From the NCBI GenBank assembly GCA_963640685.1, contig CAVIAA010000003.1, forward strand, positions 389 through 64,388: DNA of 64,000 nt, given 5' to 3'. Source of the DNA: Acutalibacteraceae bacterium. Lineage in GTDB: Bacteria > Bacillota > Clostridia > Christensenellales > CAG-138. The notes under the pieces are model-generated. The model was not told where the DNA came from and searched no databases. It saw only the letters and a program-made list of their open reading frames with translations. The position numbers and the translations under genes were made by a program. Below, one piece after another: positions 43,983 through 53,040 of the stretch; the first letter of the stretch is position 1, and each line of letters opens with the position of its first letter.

Positions 43983-44466
43983 GTGCCTTGTCCTTTCTGC
44001 TCAAGCTGCGCCTTTTAAGTATCAGCGTGCCTGCGACGCAGCCCAGCATAAGCGCTATAACGCCGAGCAGCGCTTTAATGTCGCCGTAGGCAGAGCGTAT
44101 CATGAGCCGCATCGGGCAGCCGGAGATTATCAGCGCGCAGAGCGCGACCGCAGCGCCGCGCAGGAAGGAGGTCAGCTTGCCCTCCACCCACTGCCAGCGG
44201 AACTCGCCGCTCGATACAGCGCCGATAAAGGCGCCGAGAAGTATGCCTATAACTGTCAGCACCGGGCCGGAGCGGGCAGAGACCGACATATCCATTGCCT
44301 TGCCGAACAGGCTCTGGTAAAGCTGCGCCAGCATATCCCTGCCGTGGCAAACAAGGCAAACGCCGTATGCCTCGGGGTGGGAGAAGCTGAACATCACCTG
44401 AGCCGCAACAGCCGTTGCCGCTATTATAACGCCGGCAGCAGCCGCGCTTATCCTTATCTTCTTCAT
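43975..44466 (-). CDS. YeeE/YedE-family sulfur transporter, N-terminal half-protein
   Basis: 163 aa, hydrophobic. Contains conserved Cys segments (YGVCLVCHGRD and ISGCPMR). Confidence 0.7.
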   Translation of the reverse strand: MKKIRISAAAAGVIIAATAVAAQVMFSFSHPEAYGVCLVCHGRDMLAQLYQSLFGKAMDMSVSARSGPVLTVIGILLGAFIGAVSSGEFRWQWVEGKLTSFLRGAAVALCALIISGCPMRLMIRSAYGDIKALLGVIALMLGCVAGTLILKRRSLSRKDKAHE

Positions 44467-44478
44467 CTTATTCCCCTG

Positions 44479-44751
44479 CTATTTGCCAAGCAGCTTTTTG
44501 AGTATGCCCTTTTCCACCTTGGGCGTATAGAGATGCACCGCCTCGAAGAGCACGTCCTGCTCCTTGAGTATGCGTTCCACATCGTCCTTATACTGCGGCT
44601 GAAACTGCAGCGCAACGCCGCAGTTCGGGCTTATTTCCTTTGGCCCCGCCATGAGGCTTACCTCGTAGCCCTTGTCCTTTAGCGCTTCCTCCGCCCTTAT
44701 CGCGTGCTGCGAGGAGAAAAACGTTACAACGCCTATCTGCTTCTGTTCCAT
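44479..44751 (-). CDS. DUF3343 domain protein (putative S/Se carrier)
   Basis: 90 aa. The pattern VVTFFSSQHAIRAEEALK...EISPNCGVALQF matches DUF3343. Start at ATG 44751, 13 nt after GGAGG. Confidence 0.7.
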   Translation of the reverse strand: MEQKQIGVVTFFSSQHAIRAEEALKDKGYEVSLMAGPKEISPNCGVALQFQPQYKDDVERILKEQDVLFEAVHLYTPKVEKGILKKLLGK

Positions 44752-44758
44752 TTTTTGC

Positions 44759-45943
44759 TTAGTCCTCCCTGTTTTCCGCCGCGTAGTCCGCAAGCGCGAG
44801 TATCGCCGTAACAGCCGTATCCACCTGCTCCCTGGTTGAGAAATTGCCAAAGGAGAAGCGCACCGTTCCCTCCGGGAAGGTGCCGAGGGTCTTGTGCGTT
44901 CCCGGGGCGCAGTGCAGCCCGGTGCGTACCATTATGCCGCAGGCATCGTTCAGCTGCTCGCCGACGGTTGAGCAGACCAGCCCCTTAATGTTGATGCTTG
45001 TGACCGCCGTCTTGCGCCTTGCATCCAGCGGGCCGTACAGCTTTACCATTTCGTGATCCCTTATGGCGTCCATAAAGTACTGGTTAAGCGCCGCCTCTTC
45101 CCTTGCGATGTTGTCAACGCCCTTTTTCAGCACGAAGCCCACGCCCGCGCCGAGGCCGGCTATGCCGACGGGGTTGCCGGTGCCCGCCTCCCAAACGTCC
45201 GGCATGAAGAGCGGCTGCTCCTCAAGGTCGGAAAGGCTGCCGGTGCCGCCCCGCATGAAGGGCTCCGGCGTGATGTCGGGGTTCAGATACACGCCGCCGG
45301 TGCCGGTCGGCCCCAATAGGCTCTTGTGCCCGGTAAAGCAGAGCACGTCTATGCCCATTTCGGGCACGTCTATCGGTATCGCGCCCGCGCTCTGGGCGGA
45401 ATCCACTACCATTATTATGTCGTCCTTTTTGGACTTTACCGTGCGGCTTATCGCCGCGATATCCTGTATCGTTCCGGTAACGTTTGAGCTGTGCGTGCTT
45501 ACCACGAGCTTTGTGTTGGGCTTTACCGCCCTTGCCATGTCCTCCGGGTCGCAATAGCCCTCGCCGTCCGCGCGCACGACCGTCAGCTCTATAACGCCGG
45601 TCTTTTCAAGGTGCCTCAGCGGGCGCATGACGGAGTTATGCTCCATGCTGGTGGTGATAACGTGGTCACCGGGCTTCAGCATGGTATAAAGCACGCAGTT
45701 GAGCGATTCGGTTATGTTCTTGGTAAAGGCTATCTGCTGCGGCAGCTTTACGTTAAACAGCTTACAGAGGTTTTCTCTGGCGTTTAAAACTATCTGCCCT
45801 GCCTCAACGCTGCGGCTGTGCCCGCTCCTGCCCGGGTTTGCGCCTACCTCGTTCATGTAGTACATCATGGCCTCGCCGGTCTCCTTCGGCTTTGGCCAGC
45901 TTGTAGCGCTGTTGTCGAAATAAATAACGTTATCGCTGCTCAT
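44759..45943 (-). CDS. Class V aminotransferase-fold cysteine desulfurase / selenocysteine lyase family protein
   Basis: PLP-lysine motif FTGHKSLLGPTGTG and active-site Cys loop RTGLHCAPGTH. 394 aa. Confidence 0.85.
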   Translation of the reverse strand: MSSDNVIYFDNSATSWPKPKETGEAMMYYMNEVGANPGRSGHSRSVEAGQIVLNARENLCKLFNVKLPQQIAFTKNITESLNCVLYTMLKPGDHVITTSMEHNSVMRPLRHLEKTGVIELTVVRADGEGYCDPEDMARAVKPNTKLVVSTHSSNVTGTIQDIAAISRTVKSKKDDIIMVVDSAQSAGAIPIDVPEMGIDVLCFTGHKSLLGPTGTGGVYLNPDITPEPFMRGGTGSLSDLEEQPLFMPDVWEAGTGNPVGIAGLGAGVGFVLKKGVDNIAREEAALNQYFMDAIRDHEMVKLYGPLDARRKTAVTSINIKGLVCSTVGEQLNDACGIMVRTGLHCAPGTHKTLGTFPEGTVRFSFGNFSTREQVDTAVTAILALADYAAENRED

Positions 45944-46003
45944 GGCAAGTCCTTTCCTTTTGGTTAGTATATAAATAGGGGCTCTATCCTCTTTATTATA
46001 CCA

Positions 46004-48247
46004 TTACCTTTGCGAAGCAACAAGCCTAACAAGGTTCAGCCGCAGCGCATTTGTAACGACGCAGAAGCTGGAAAGGCTCATCGCCGCAGCACCCAGCATC
46101 GGGCTGAGCGTAATGCCAAGCGGTATCAGCGCGCCTGCGGCAACGGGTATGCCTATCGTATTGTAGAAAAATGCCCAGAAGAGGTTTTCGTGTATGTTGC
46201 GCAGCGTTGCCCTGCTCAGGCGTATTGCCTTTGCAACGTCGGCTATGCTGCTCTTCATGAGCACTACGTCCGCCGCGTCTATCGCAACGTCCGTACCCGC
46301 GCCGATAGCTATGCCGATGTTCGCCCTCGTGAGCGCCGGCGCGTCGTTTATCCCGTCGCCGACCATTGCGACCTTGCCCTGCTTGCGCAGCTTTCTTATT
46401 ACGGCCTCCTTGCCCTCCGGCAGCACCCCGGCTATCACCTCGTCCACCCCTGCCTGCCTGCCTATCGCATCGGCTGTCCTTTGGTTGTCGCCTGTCAGCA
46501 TTACCACCCGTATGCCCATATCGCGCAGCTCCCTTACTGCGCTCGGGCTGTCCTCCTTTATAACGTCCGCAACGGCGATAATGCCCATGAGCCTATTATC
46601 AAGGGCAAAGAGCAGCGGCGTTTTTCCCTGCTGTGCAAGCCCCTCGGCACTTTTTAGCAGCTCGTCCCGAACCGCTATCTGCCCCGAAACGAAGCCCATG
46701 CTGCCGCCAAACAGCCTTTTGCCGTCTATCCTGCATTCCAGCCCGTTTCCCGGAAGTATTTTGAAATCCGAAACCTCGGCGGGTGTTATGCCGTCCTCCT
46801 GCGCCTTGGCCATTATCGCCCTTGCAAGCGGGTGCTCGCTTTTGCTCTCCAGCGCGGCAGCCAGGGCTATGAGCTCGCCCTCGGCAGCGTCCGATGGCAG
46901 TATGTCGGTCACCCTCGGCTCGCCCTTTGTAACGGTGCCCGTCTTGTCCAGCGCAACTATTTTCACCCTGCCCGTCTCCTCCAGCGAGGCCGCGGTCTTA
47001 AACAGTATGCCGTTGCGCGCGCCAACGCCGCTGCCGACCATTATTGCAACCGGCGTTGCCAGGCCAAGGGCACATGGACAGCTTATCACGAGCACGGATA
47101 TGCCGCGGGCAAGGGCAAAGCCCACATCACGCCCAAGCAGCAGCCAAACCGCCGTCGTGACCGTGGCTACCGCCATCACCGCCGGAACGAACACGCCGGA
47201 TACCTTATCCGCAACCTTTGCTATGGGCGCCTTTGTCGCCGCAGCGTCGCTGACCATTGCAATTATCCTGGAAAGCGTCGTATCCTCGCCGACCCTCGTT
47301 GCGCGGCAGCGCATATAGCCGGACATGTTGGCGGTCGCGGCGGATACGCTGTCGCCGACCCCCTTGTCTACCGGTATGCTCTCGCCGGTAAGCGCCGCCT
47401 CGTTCACCGCGCTCTCCCCTTCAATTACCACGCCGTCTACCGGTATGTTCTCGCCCGGGCGAACGGCGAATATGTCTCCCTTTTGGACCTGCTCAATGGG
47501 TACTGTTACCTCGCTGCCGTCCTTTATCAGCACCGCCGTTTGAGGGGCGAGCTTTATAAGGCTCTTTAGCGCGTCGGTGGTCTTGCCCTTGGAGCGCGCC
47601 TCCAGCATCTTGCCCACGGTTATCAGCGTGAGTATCATCGCGGCGGATTCAAAATAAAGCTCCATCATGTAGTGCATGACAAGCTCACCGTCGCCCTTTA
47701 CCTGCGCATCCGTCATTGCAAAAAGAGCGTAGGTGCTGTATACGAACGCCGCGGCGGAGCCCAGCGCGACCAGCGTATCCATGTTCGGTGAGCGGTGCAT
47801 AAGTCCCTTAAAGCCGCTTATAAAGAACCGCTGGTTTATGACCATTATTATCACCGTCAGCAGCAGCTGGGTAAGCCCCATTGCAACGTGGTTGCCGTCA
47901 TAAAATCTGGGCAGCGGCCAGCCCCACATCATGTGCCCCATTGAGAAATACATAAGCACGGCCAGAAAGCCCACCGACCAGAGCAGCCGCAGCTTAAGCT
48001 GCGGCGTTTCAGTGTCCTCAAGCACTGCCTCGTCGTTGGCCTTCTTTGCGCCCTTTATTGAGGCGCCGTAGCCCGCCTTTTGAACTGCGGCGATTATATC
48101 GCCGTCCTCAGCGCTGCCCTCAACGGACATAGAGTTCGTAAGCAGGCTTACTGTGCATTCGGTGACCCCGGGCACCGCACCTACCGCCTTTTCCACCCTT
48201 GCGCTGCAGGCGGCGCAGCTCATTCCCTTAACATCGAACTGTTTCAT
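46004..48247 (-). CDS. copA: Copper-translocating P1B-type ATPase
   Basis: N-terminal HMA (GMSCAACSARVE), TM CPC motif (SCPCALGLATP), DKTGT, and the GDGINDAP hinge. Start taken at ATG 48247 (MKQFDV). Confidence 0.9.
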   Translation of the reverse strand: MKQFDVKGMSCAACSARVEKAVGAVPGVTECTVSLLTNSMSVEGSAEDGDIIAAVQKAGYGASIKGAKKANDEAVLEDTETPQLKLRLLWSVGFLAVLMYFSMGHMMWGWPLPRFYDGNHVAMGLTQLLLTVIIMVINQRFFISGFKGLMHRSPNMDTLVALGSAAAFVYSTYALFAMTDAQVKGDGELVMHYMMELYFESAAMILTLITVGKMLEARSKGKTTDALKSLIKLAPQTAVLIKDGSEVTVPIEQVQKGDIFAVRPGENIPVDGVVIEGESAVNEAALTGESIPVDKGVGDSVSAATANMSGYMRCRATRVGEDTTLSRIIAMVSDAAATKAPIAKVADKVSGVFVPAVMAVATVTTAVWLLLGRDVGFALARGISVLVISCPCALGLATPVAIMVGSGVGARNGILFKTAASLEETGRVKIVALDKTGTVTKGEPRVTDILPSDAAEGELIALAAALESKSEHPLARAIMAKAQEDGITPAEVSDFKILPGNGLECRIDGKRLFGGSMGFVSGQIAVRDELLKSAEGLAQQGKTPLLFALDNRLMGIIAVADVIKEDSPSAVRELRDMGIRVVMLTGDNQRTADAIGRQAGVDEVIAGVLPEGKEAVIRKLRKQGKVAMVGDGINDAPALTRANIGIAIGAGTDVAIDAADVVLMKSSIADVAKAIRLSRATLRNIHENLFWAFFYNTIGIPVAAGALIPLGITLSPMLGAAAMSLSSFCVVTNALRLNLVRLVASQR

Positions 48248-48268
48248 ATGTTCCAAGCCTTTCTGTCG

Positions 48269-49543
48269 CTATATTACCTTTATTTCGGACCTTATCATGC
48301 CCATCCAGCATGAGAACGGAACCGTCCCCGTCTCTGTCGGGGTAAATTCTATTATATTATCGCCCTCCTGCAGCTCTTTTTCAATGCCGTATTGAGGAAT
48401 AGTTATCGCGTTGTTGCAGCCGTTGAGCTTGCCCGCGGGAACCTCCAGATGCCACCTTACCGGCACGCCCGCCTTTACGGTTATCCCGTCAAAGCTGCCT
48501 TGATCCGCCTTAGAGTACACCTCCTGCACCTCCGCCTGCTCCGCTTGGTCGGCTTGGGCTTGAACGGCCGCGCTTGTCCCCCGCGCCGATGCAAGGGCTG
48601 CGCCGCTCTGCAGCATTCCGATGCCGAGAACCGCAACGAGCATTGCGGAAAACGCCTGCACATATCTTGAATATTTTTTATTCAGCCTTCCGCTGAGCAG
48701 CCCGACCCCGAGCATGAGCGGCAGCGTGCCCAGCGCAAAGCAGAGCATGGACAACGCGCCCATATACCAGCTGCCGGCTGAGAGCGCGTAGAGCTGCATG
48801 CCCTGCAGCGGCCCGCAGGGCATAAGGCCGTTCAGCAGACCTATGAGAAGCGGGCTGCGCCTGCCCGTAATTATCCTGTTCAGGCTCCTTGGCAGCCTTG
48901 GCGAAAGCGCCCTCAAAAACGAGAAGCAGCCTATGAGGTTCAGCGCCATTATTATCATAAAAGCACCCGCCATGAGCTGTATAATTCCCTTAGCGGAGGT
49001 GCTTATGCTGAACGCCCTGCCCAGCGCGCCGACTATGCCGCCCGTCACGGTATAGGATATCACCCTGCCCGCGTTGTACTCAAGCGCGGCTCCGCTTTTC
49101 CCCTCTGCGGCGGTGCCAATGCTTATTCCGCCGCACATTGCTGCGCAGTGAAACGATGTCATAATACCTATGATAAACAGCGCCCCGAGGCTCATTCCAG
49201 CTTTTGCCACCGGAAATGCGCTCAGCTTAGCCGAAAGCCCGGAATTATTCATCAGCAGCCACAGCGCCGCGAGCACGGCGGCGGAAAGCACAAAATTAAG
49301 CGCGGCCCTTTTATCGACCACCTCAGCTCTACCCACAAGGGTATAGCCCTCTTTTTTAAGCGCTGCGGCTATGCGCCGCTCCGGCAGCTCGTCCTCCTCC
49401 CAGTCCGCGCTCAGCGTGCCGCTGCGGTAGCTTGCCGCTGCGTTTTTAATACCAGGCAGTCCGTTTACCGCCCGACTTACCGTTTCCTCGCAGTGCGGGC
49501 ACATCATGCCCTCGACCTTCCACGTCGTGTTTTTCGCGTTCAC
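48269..49543 (-). CDS. Fusion protein: HMA domain, DsbD_2/UreH-like (annotated TauE/SafE-like) TM domain, and C-terminal cupredoxin-like domain
   Basis: HMA motif GMMCPHCE. TM motifs SFHCAAMCGG and LMPCGPL. The C-terminal 71 aa (ITVKAGVPVRW...FSCWMGMIRSEIKVI) is paralogous to the next gene. Confidence 0.75.
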   Translation of the reverse strand: MNAKNTTWKVEGMMCPHCEETVSRAVNGLPGIKNAAASYRSGTLSADWEEDELPERRIAAALKKEGYTLVGRAEVVDKRAALNFVLSAAVLAALWLLMNNSGLSAKLSAFPVAKAGMSLGALFIIGIMTSFHCAAMCGGISIGTAAEGKSGAALEYNAGRVISYTVTGGIVGALGRAFSISTSAKGIIQLMAGAFMIIMALNLIGCFSFLRALSPRLPRSLNRIITGRRSPLLIGLLNGLMPCGPLQGMQLYALSAGSWYMGALSMLCFALGTLPLMLGVGLLSGRLNKKYSRYVQAFSAMLVAVLGIGMLQSGAALASARGTSAAVQAQADQAEQAEVQEVYSKADQGSFDGITVKAGVPVRWHLEVPAGKLNGCNNAITIPQYGIEKELQEGDNIIEFTPTETGTVPFSCWMGMIRSEIKVI

Positions 49544-49554
49544 TGGGCTTCTCC

Positions 49555-50094
49555 TTATACTATCTTTATTTCGGCTCTTATCATGCCCATCCAGCAGCTG
49601 AACTGCACCGTCCCCTCTTCCCCCGGGGTAAACTCTATTATGTTGTCGCCCGTTTGCAGCGTCTTTTCTATGCCGTATTCGGGTATCACGATGGCGCTGT
49701 TGCAGCCGGTCAGCGCCCCATCCGGCACCTTAAGGTTCCAGCGCACGGGTATGCCCGCCTTTACCGTTATGCTCTCATAGCCGCCGCTGCTCATGCCAGA
49801 CGTAACGCTTTGCAGCGCCGGCTCCTCGGTGGCCTTTGGTTCTTCGGTGGCCTTTGGCTTCTCGGTGGCCTTGGGTGCTTCGGTTGCTTCAGGCTCTTCG
49901 GTAGCCTTTGGCTCTTCGGTCGTCTCCGGCTGCTCCGCAATCTCCGCCACCGGCGTCGCTTCGATAACCGGCGTCGCTTCGGCGGGCGCCGCCGATGCAG
50001 CCGCCTCCGGGAATATGCTCTCGGTTTTTTCTGCGCAGCCCGCAAGCAGCAGCGCCGCCATCGCCGTCAGTATTGCACAATAATAGCTTTTCAT
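49555..50094 (-). CDS. Secreted lipoprotein with an acidic EEPKAT-repeat linker and a cupredoxin-like domain
   Basis: Lipobox LLAGC. Repeats TEEPKATEEPEATEAPKATEKPKATEEPKATEEP. The C-terminal domain is identical to the C-terminus of the 48269..49543 product at 54 of 71 positions (hand count). Confidence 0.75.
   Translation of the reverse strand: MKSYYCAILTAMAALLLAGCAEKTESIFPEAAASAAPAEATPVIEATPVAEIAEQPETTEEPKATEEPEATEAPKATEKPKATEEPKATEEPALQSVTSGMSSGGYESITVKAGIPVRWNLKVPDGALTGCNSAIVIPEYGIEKTLQTGDNIIEFTPGEEGTVQFSCWMGMIRAEIKIV
49826..49933 (-). repeat. Approximately six tandem 18-bp coding repeats (EEPKAT linker)
   Basis: On the plus strand, ggtggcctttggttcttc and its variants are repeated head to tail. 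Confidence 0.7.
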
Positions 50095-50127
50095 GTGTTT
50101 TTCTGCTCCTGAATTTTTTCTTTTTGC

Positions 50128-50156
50128 ATGATAAGCCTATCGTCCTACTATGTCAA
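50128..50156 (-). promoter_or_regulatory. Promoter TTGACA, 17 nt spacer, TATCAT of the copper operon
   Basis: -35 at 50151-50156 and -10 at 50128-50133 on the minus strand, with an exact 17-nt spacer. Confidence 0.55.
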
Positions 50157-50189
50157 TAGGTTTCTGCTCTGTTAAAATTCCGTTCACAA

Positions 50190-50212
50190 ATTAAAAGGGC
50201 TGCAGCCCTTTG
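50190..50212. terminator. Bidirectional hairpin terminator
   Basis: AAAAGGGCTGCAGCCCTTT. On the minus strand it is followed by TTTTAATTT, downstream of the ABC ATPase gene. Confidence 0.55.
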
Positions 50213-50249
50213 CGCTTGCAGCCCGAGTGTATTTGTCTGTTTTGTGCCG

Positions 50250-50990
50250 TTAACCGTTTATATAGCGGGAGAGGAACTCCTTCGTCCGCTGCTCCTTCGG
50301 GGCGGTAAATATGGTCTCCGGGTCACCGGATTCGAGTATCACGCCGTCGTTCATGAACACGACCCTGCGGGACACCGCCCTTGCAAACGCCATCTCGTGA
50401 GTTACGACCAGCATGGTAAGCCCGGTCTTTGCAAGGTCGCTCATTACGGAAAGCACCTCGCCGACCATCTCGGGATCCAGCGCCGAGGTGGGCTCGTCAA
50501 AGAGCAGTATTTCGGGATCCATCGCGAGCGCACGAGCGATCGCCACGCGCTGCTTCTGCCCGCCGGATATCTGCCGCGGCTTTGCGTTTATGTAGGGAGC
50601 CATGCCGACCCGCTCAAGGTAGAGCATCGCGGCCTCTCTGGCCTCCTCCTTGCTTTTCTTTAATACCATCGTCTGCCCGACCATGCAGTTTTCCAGCACC
50701 GTCATGTTATTGAACAGGTTGAAGGACTGGAACACCATCCCGACCTTTGCGCGGTATGCGCATTGATCCACATGCCCGTTAAGTATGCTCTTGCCGTGGA
50801 AGAGTATCTCGCCGGAGGTCGGCGTTTCCAGCAGGTTTATGCAGCGCAGCAGCGTGCTCTTGCCGGAGCCGGAGGCGCCTATTATGCAGGTCACGTCTCC
50901 CTTTTCAACCTCAAAGTCAACGTCCTTCAATACCCTGTTGCTGCCGAAATCCTTGCGGAGGTGGCTCACCTGAAGAATAGCTTCGCTCAT
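50250..50990 (-). CDS. Amino-acid ABC transporter ATP-binding protein (GlnQ-like)
   Basis: Walker [10 protein letters not shown], signature ISGGQKQR, Walker [13 protein letters not shown]. Start at ATG 50990 (MSEAILQV) after GGAGG. Confidence 0.9.
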   Translation of the reverse strand: MSEAILQVSHLRKDFGSNRVLKDVDFEVEKGDVTCIIGASGSGKSTLLRCINLLETPTSGEILFHGKSILNGHVDQCAYRAKVGMVFQSFNLFNNMTVLENCMVGQTMVLKKSKEEAREAAMLYLERVGMAPYINAKPRQISGGQKQRVAIARALAMDPEILLFDEPTSALDPEMVGEVLSVMSDLAKTGLTMLVVTHEMAFARAVSRRVVFMNDGVILESGDPETIFTAPKEQRTKEFLSRYING

Positions 50991-50994
50991 ATTA

Positions 50995-51831
50995 TCACCT
51001 GCCTCCGTCCCTGATGTCGTTGTTCTGGGTATTCGCCCTCGGCTGCTTTGGGTAGCTGTACAGCCCGGTCGTATGCGCAAGCGTGTCCGTCGTGGTCAGG
51101 TCATACAGCTCGTAGCTGTCCGGCCCGTCCATTTTGCTCTCCCAAAGGCGCAGCAGCCTTGAGCAGGCAAATGTCAGCACGAAGTATATCGCCATCGTGA
51201 TGGTAAACGCCTCAAAGTAGGTATACATCGCCCCCGCGATGCTCTTTGTTGAGAAGAACAGCTCGACCGTGCCTATGACGCTCAACACGCAGGTATCCTT
51301 TATGTTGATTATGAGGTTGTTGCCTATCTGCGGCATTATGTTTCTCAACGCCTGCGGCAGTATAACCGCGTTCATGGTTTGAACGTGGGTCATGCCTATT
51401 GCCTTTGCGCCCTCGGTCTGGCCGGGGTCGATAGAAAGTATGCCGCCGCGCACCGTTTCCGCCATATATGCGCCGGTGTTTATGGAGACGATGAACAGCG
51501 CCGCCTCCATCATGCCCATATATATATTGAAGAGCTGGGCAAGGCCGTAATATATGAACATCGCCTGAACCATCATTGGCGTGCCGCGGAATATCTCGAC
51601 ATACGCATCCAGCAGGAAGCGCACGACCTTCATTGTATAGTACTTAACCGGGCGCGACTTATCCGTAGGCGTGGTTTGAACTATGCCTACGCCAAAGCCT
51701 ATCAGGCAGCCCACAGCCGTGGATATCACGGCTATGAGCATAGTCACTCCCGCGCCCCTTAAAAAGCTCGGGCCGTAATGCCGGAGCAGGAACCCTACCC
51801 TGCCCCAAAAATCAGGAGGTAATCTGTCCAT
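50995..51831 (-). CDS. Amino-acid ABC transporter permease (His/Glu/Gln/Arg/opine family)
   Basis: Polar-amino-acid permease layout with an EAA-like loop ([13 protein letters not shown]). 278 aa, with an unusual ~45-aa hydrophilic C-terminal tail. Confidence 0.85.
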   Translation of the reverse strand: MDRLPPDFWGRVGFLLRHYGPSFLRGAGVTMLIAVISTAVGCLIGFGVGIVQTTPTDKSRPVKYYTMKVVRFLLDAYVEIFRGTPMMVQAMFIYYGLAQLFNIYMGMMEAALFIVSINTGAYMAETVRGGILSIDPGQTEGAKAIGMTHVQTMNAVILPQALRNIMPQIGNNLIINIKDTCVLSVIGTVELFFSTKSIAGAMYTYFEAFTITMAIYFVLTFACSRLLRLWESKMDGPDSYELYDLTTTDTLAHTTGLYSYPKQPRANTQNNDIRDGGR

Positions 51832-51849
51832 CTTCGCCCCGCCCCGTTA

Positions 51850-52689
51850 TCAGCTGAGCGGCTGAACCGCTATTGCGTCGTTCATCATTGCGGAGTAGTC
51901 GTCCACCGTCATAGTGTCCAGCACGCCGTTTATAGCCTCGCAGAGCGCGGTGTTGCCCTTCTGCATGGATATGCCGATGTTTATCTCCTCCTCGGATACC
52001 TCAAAGTCGCCGTCGGTATTCGAGAAGTCAAGCAGCTTGAAGTTGGGGTAGGCGACGCAGGCCGCCATAGCAGTAGGCATATCGGTGACTACCAAATCGC
52101 AGCGGCCGCTGTTGAGGGCGACCAGCATTGCGGGCGCGCTCTCCTGCGCGGGCAGTATGTTGGCGTCGGGTATCTGCGGCAGGCAGCTGTCATACCATAC
52201 GGTGTTTATCTGGCTGGTACAGGTAGCGCCGGCAAGGTCAGCGACAGATGCTGCGTTTGCATACTGGCCGTCCGCCATAACGAGGGTAACTATGGAAGCA
52301 TAGTAGTACGGCTCGGAGAAGTCGACCATCTGCAGCCTGTCTGAGGTTATGGACTGGCCTGCGATAACGCAGTCCACAACGCCGCTCTGAACCGCGGCAA
52401 CAAGGGAATCCCAATCCAGCTTTACTACCTCAAGCTCAACGTTGAGTGCCTCGGCAATCTTCTTTGCCATCATGACGTCGTAGCCGTAGGCATAGTCGTT
52501 GCTGTCCTTTATCTTTACCGCGCCATTTTCATCGGTCGGCTGTGTCCAGTTATACGGGGCATAGGCGCACTCCATGGCTACGGTCAGCACGCCGTCGTCA
52601 AGGCTGCCCTCGGCGGTCTTCTTGCTGCCGCAGGCCGTCATGGACAGGCAAAGCACTACAACAAGTACAAGGCTCAATAATCTACGCAT
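51850..52689 (-). CDS. Amino-acid ABC transporter substrate-binding lipoprotein (family 3)
   Basis: Lipobox LSMTACGS, SBP_bac_3-like layout, 279 aa. Confidence 0.85.
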   Translation of the reverse strand: MRRLLSLVLVVVLCLSMTACGSKKTAEGSLDDGVLTVAMECAYAPYNWTQPTDENGAVKIKDSNDYAYGYDVMMAKKIAEALNVELEVVKLDWDSLVAAVQSGVVDCVIAGQSITSDRLQMVDFSEPYYYASIVTLVMADGQYANAASVADLAGATCTSQINTVWYDSCLPQIPDANILPAQESAPAMLVALNSGRCDLVVTDMPTAMAACVAYPNFKLLDFSNTDGDFEVSEEEINIGISMQKGNTALCEAINGVLDTMTVDDYSAMMNDAIAVQPLS

Positions 52690-52718
52690 TTTTCTTTCCT
52701 CCGGTTATAAAAAATTTT

Positions 52719-52978
52719 AAATCAAAACGGCGGTCGGAGTATCACTCCGGCCGCCGCTATAAACGCAAACAAAACGCAAAACGCAGGCTCGTTGAATGAT
52801 AGCACTCCACAGATGCAGCTGTGACAGTCGGCAGGATATTCTCCCGCCGCCCAGGTGCGAAGGGATCGCAACGCCCTCCGTCCTTCGGCAGCCTTACCTT
52901 TCGCCCCCCGTCAACGCCGTGCGTGGCTGCTGAGGGTTACTATTTTCGGCTGCGCCTCTATCCGGTCGCTGTTCAATT
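52719..52978 (-). promoter_or_regulatory. Lysine riboswitch (L-box) with terminator expression platform
   Basis: The minus strand reads GGATAGAGGCGCAGCCGAAAATAGTAACCC...GGGGCGAAAGGTAAGGCTGCCGAAGGA...CCTGCCGACTGTCACAGC...TGTGGAGTGCTATC. This matches the conserved L-box blocks AGAGGCGC, AGTA, GAAAGG, GCCGAAG, CTGTCA and GGAG.GCTA. A terminator follows: GGCGGCCGGAGT GATA CTCCGACCGCC plus TTTTGATTT (52719-52758). Confidence 0.8.
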
Positions 52979-52986
52979 TTGTGTAG

Positions 52987-53015
52987 ATTATATACTCGCC
53001 CTTTTGTCTTGTCAA
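52987..53015 (-). promoter_or_regulatory. Consensus promoter TTGACA, 17 nt spacer, TATAAT driving the L-box leader
   Basis: -35 at 53010-53015 and -10 at 52987-52992 on the minus strand. Confidence 0.7.
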
Positions 53016-53040
53016 CAGCAAAATACGATTTTTTTGCCTA

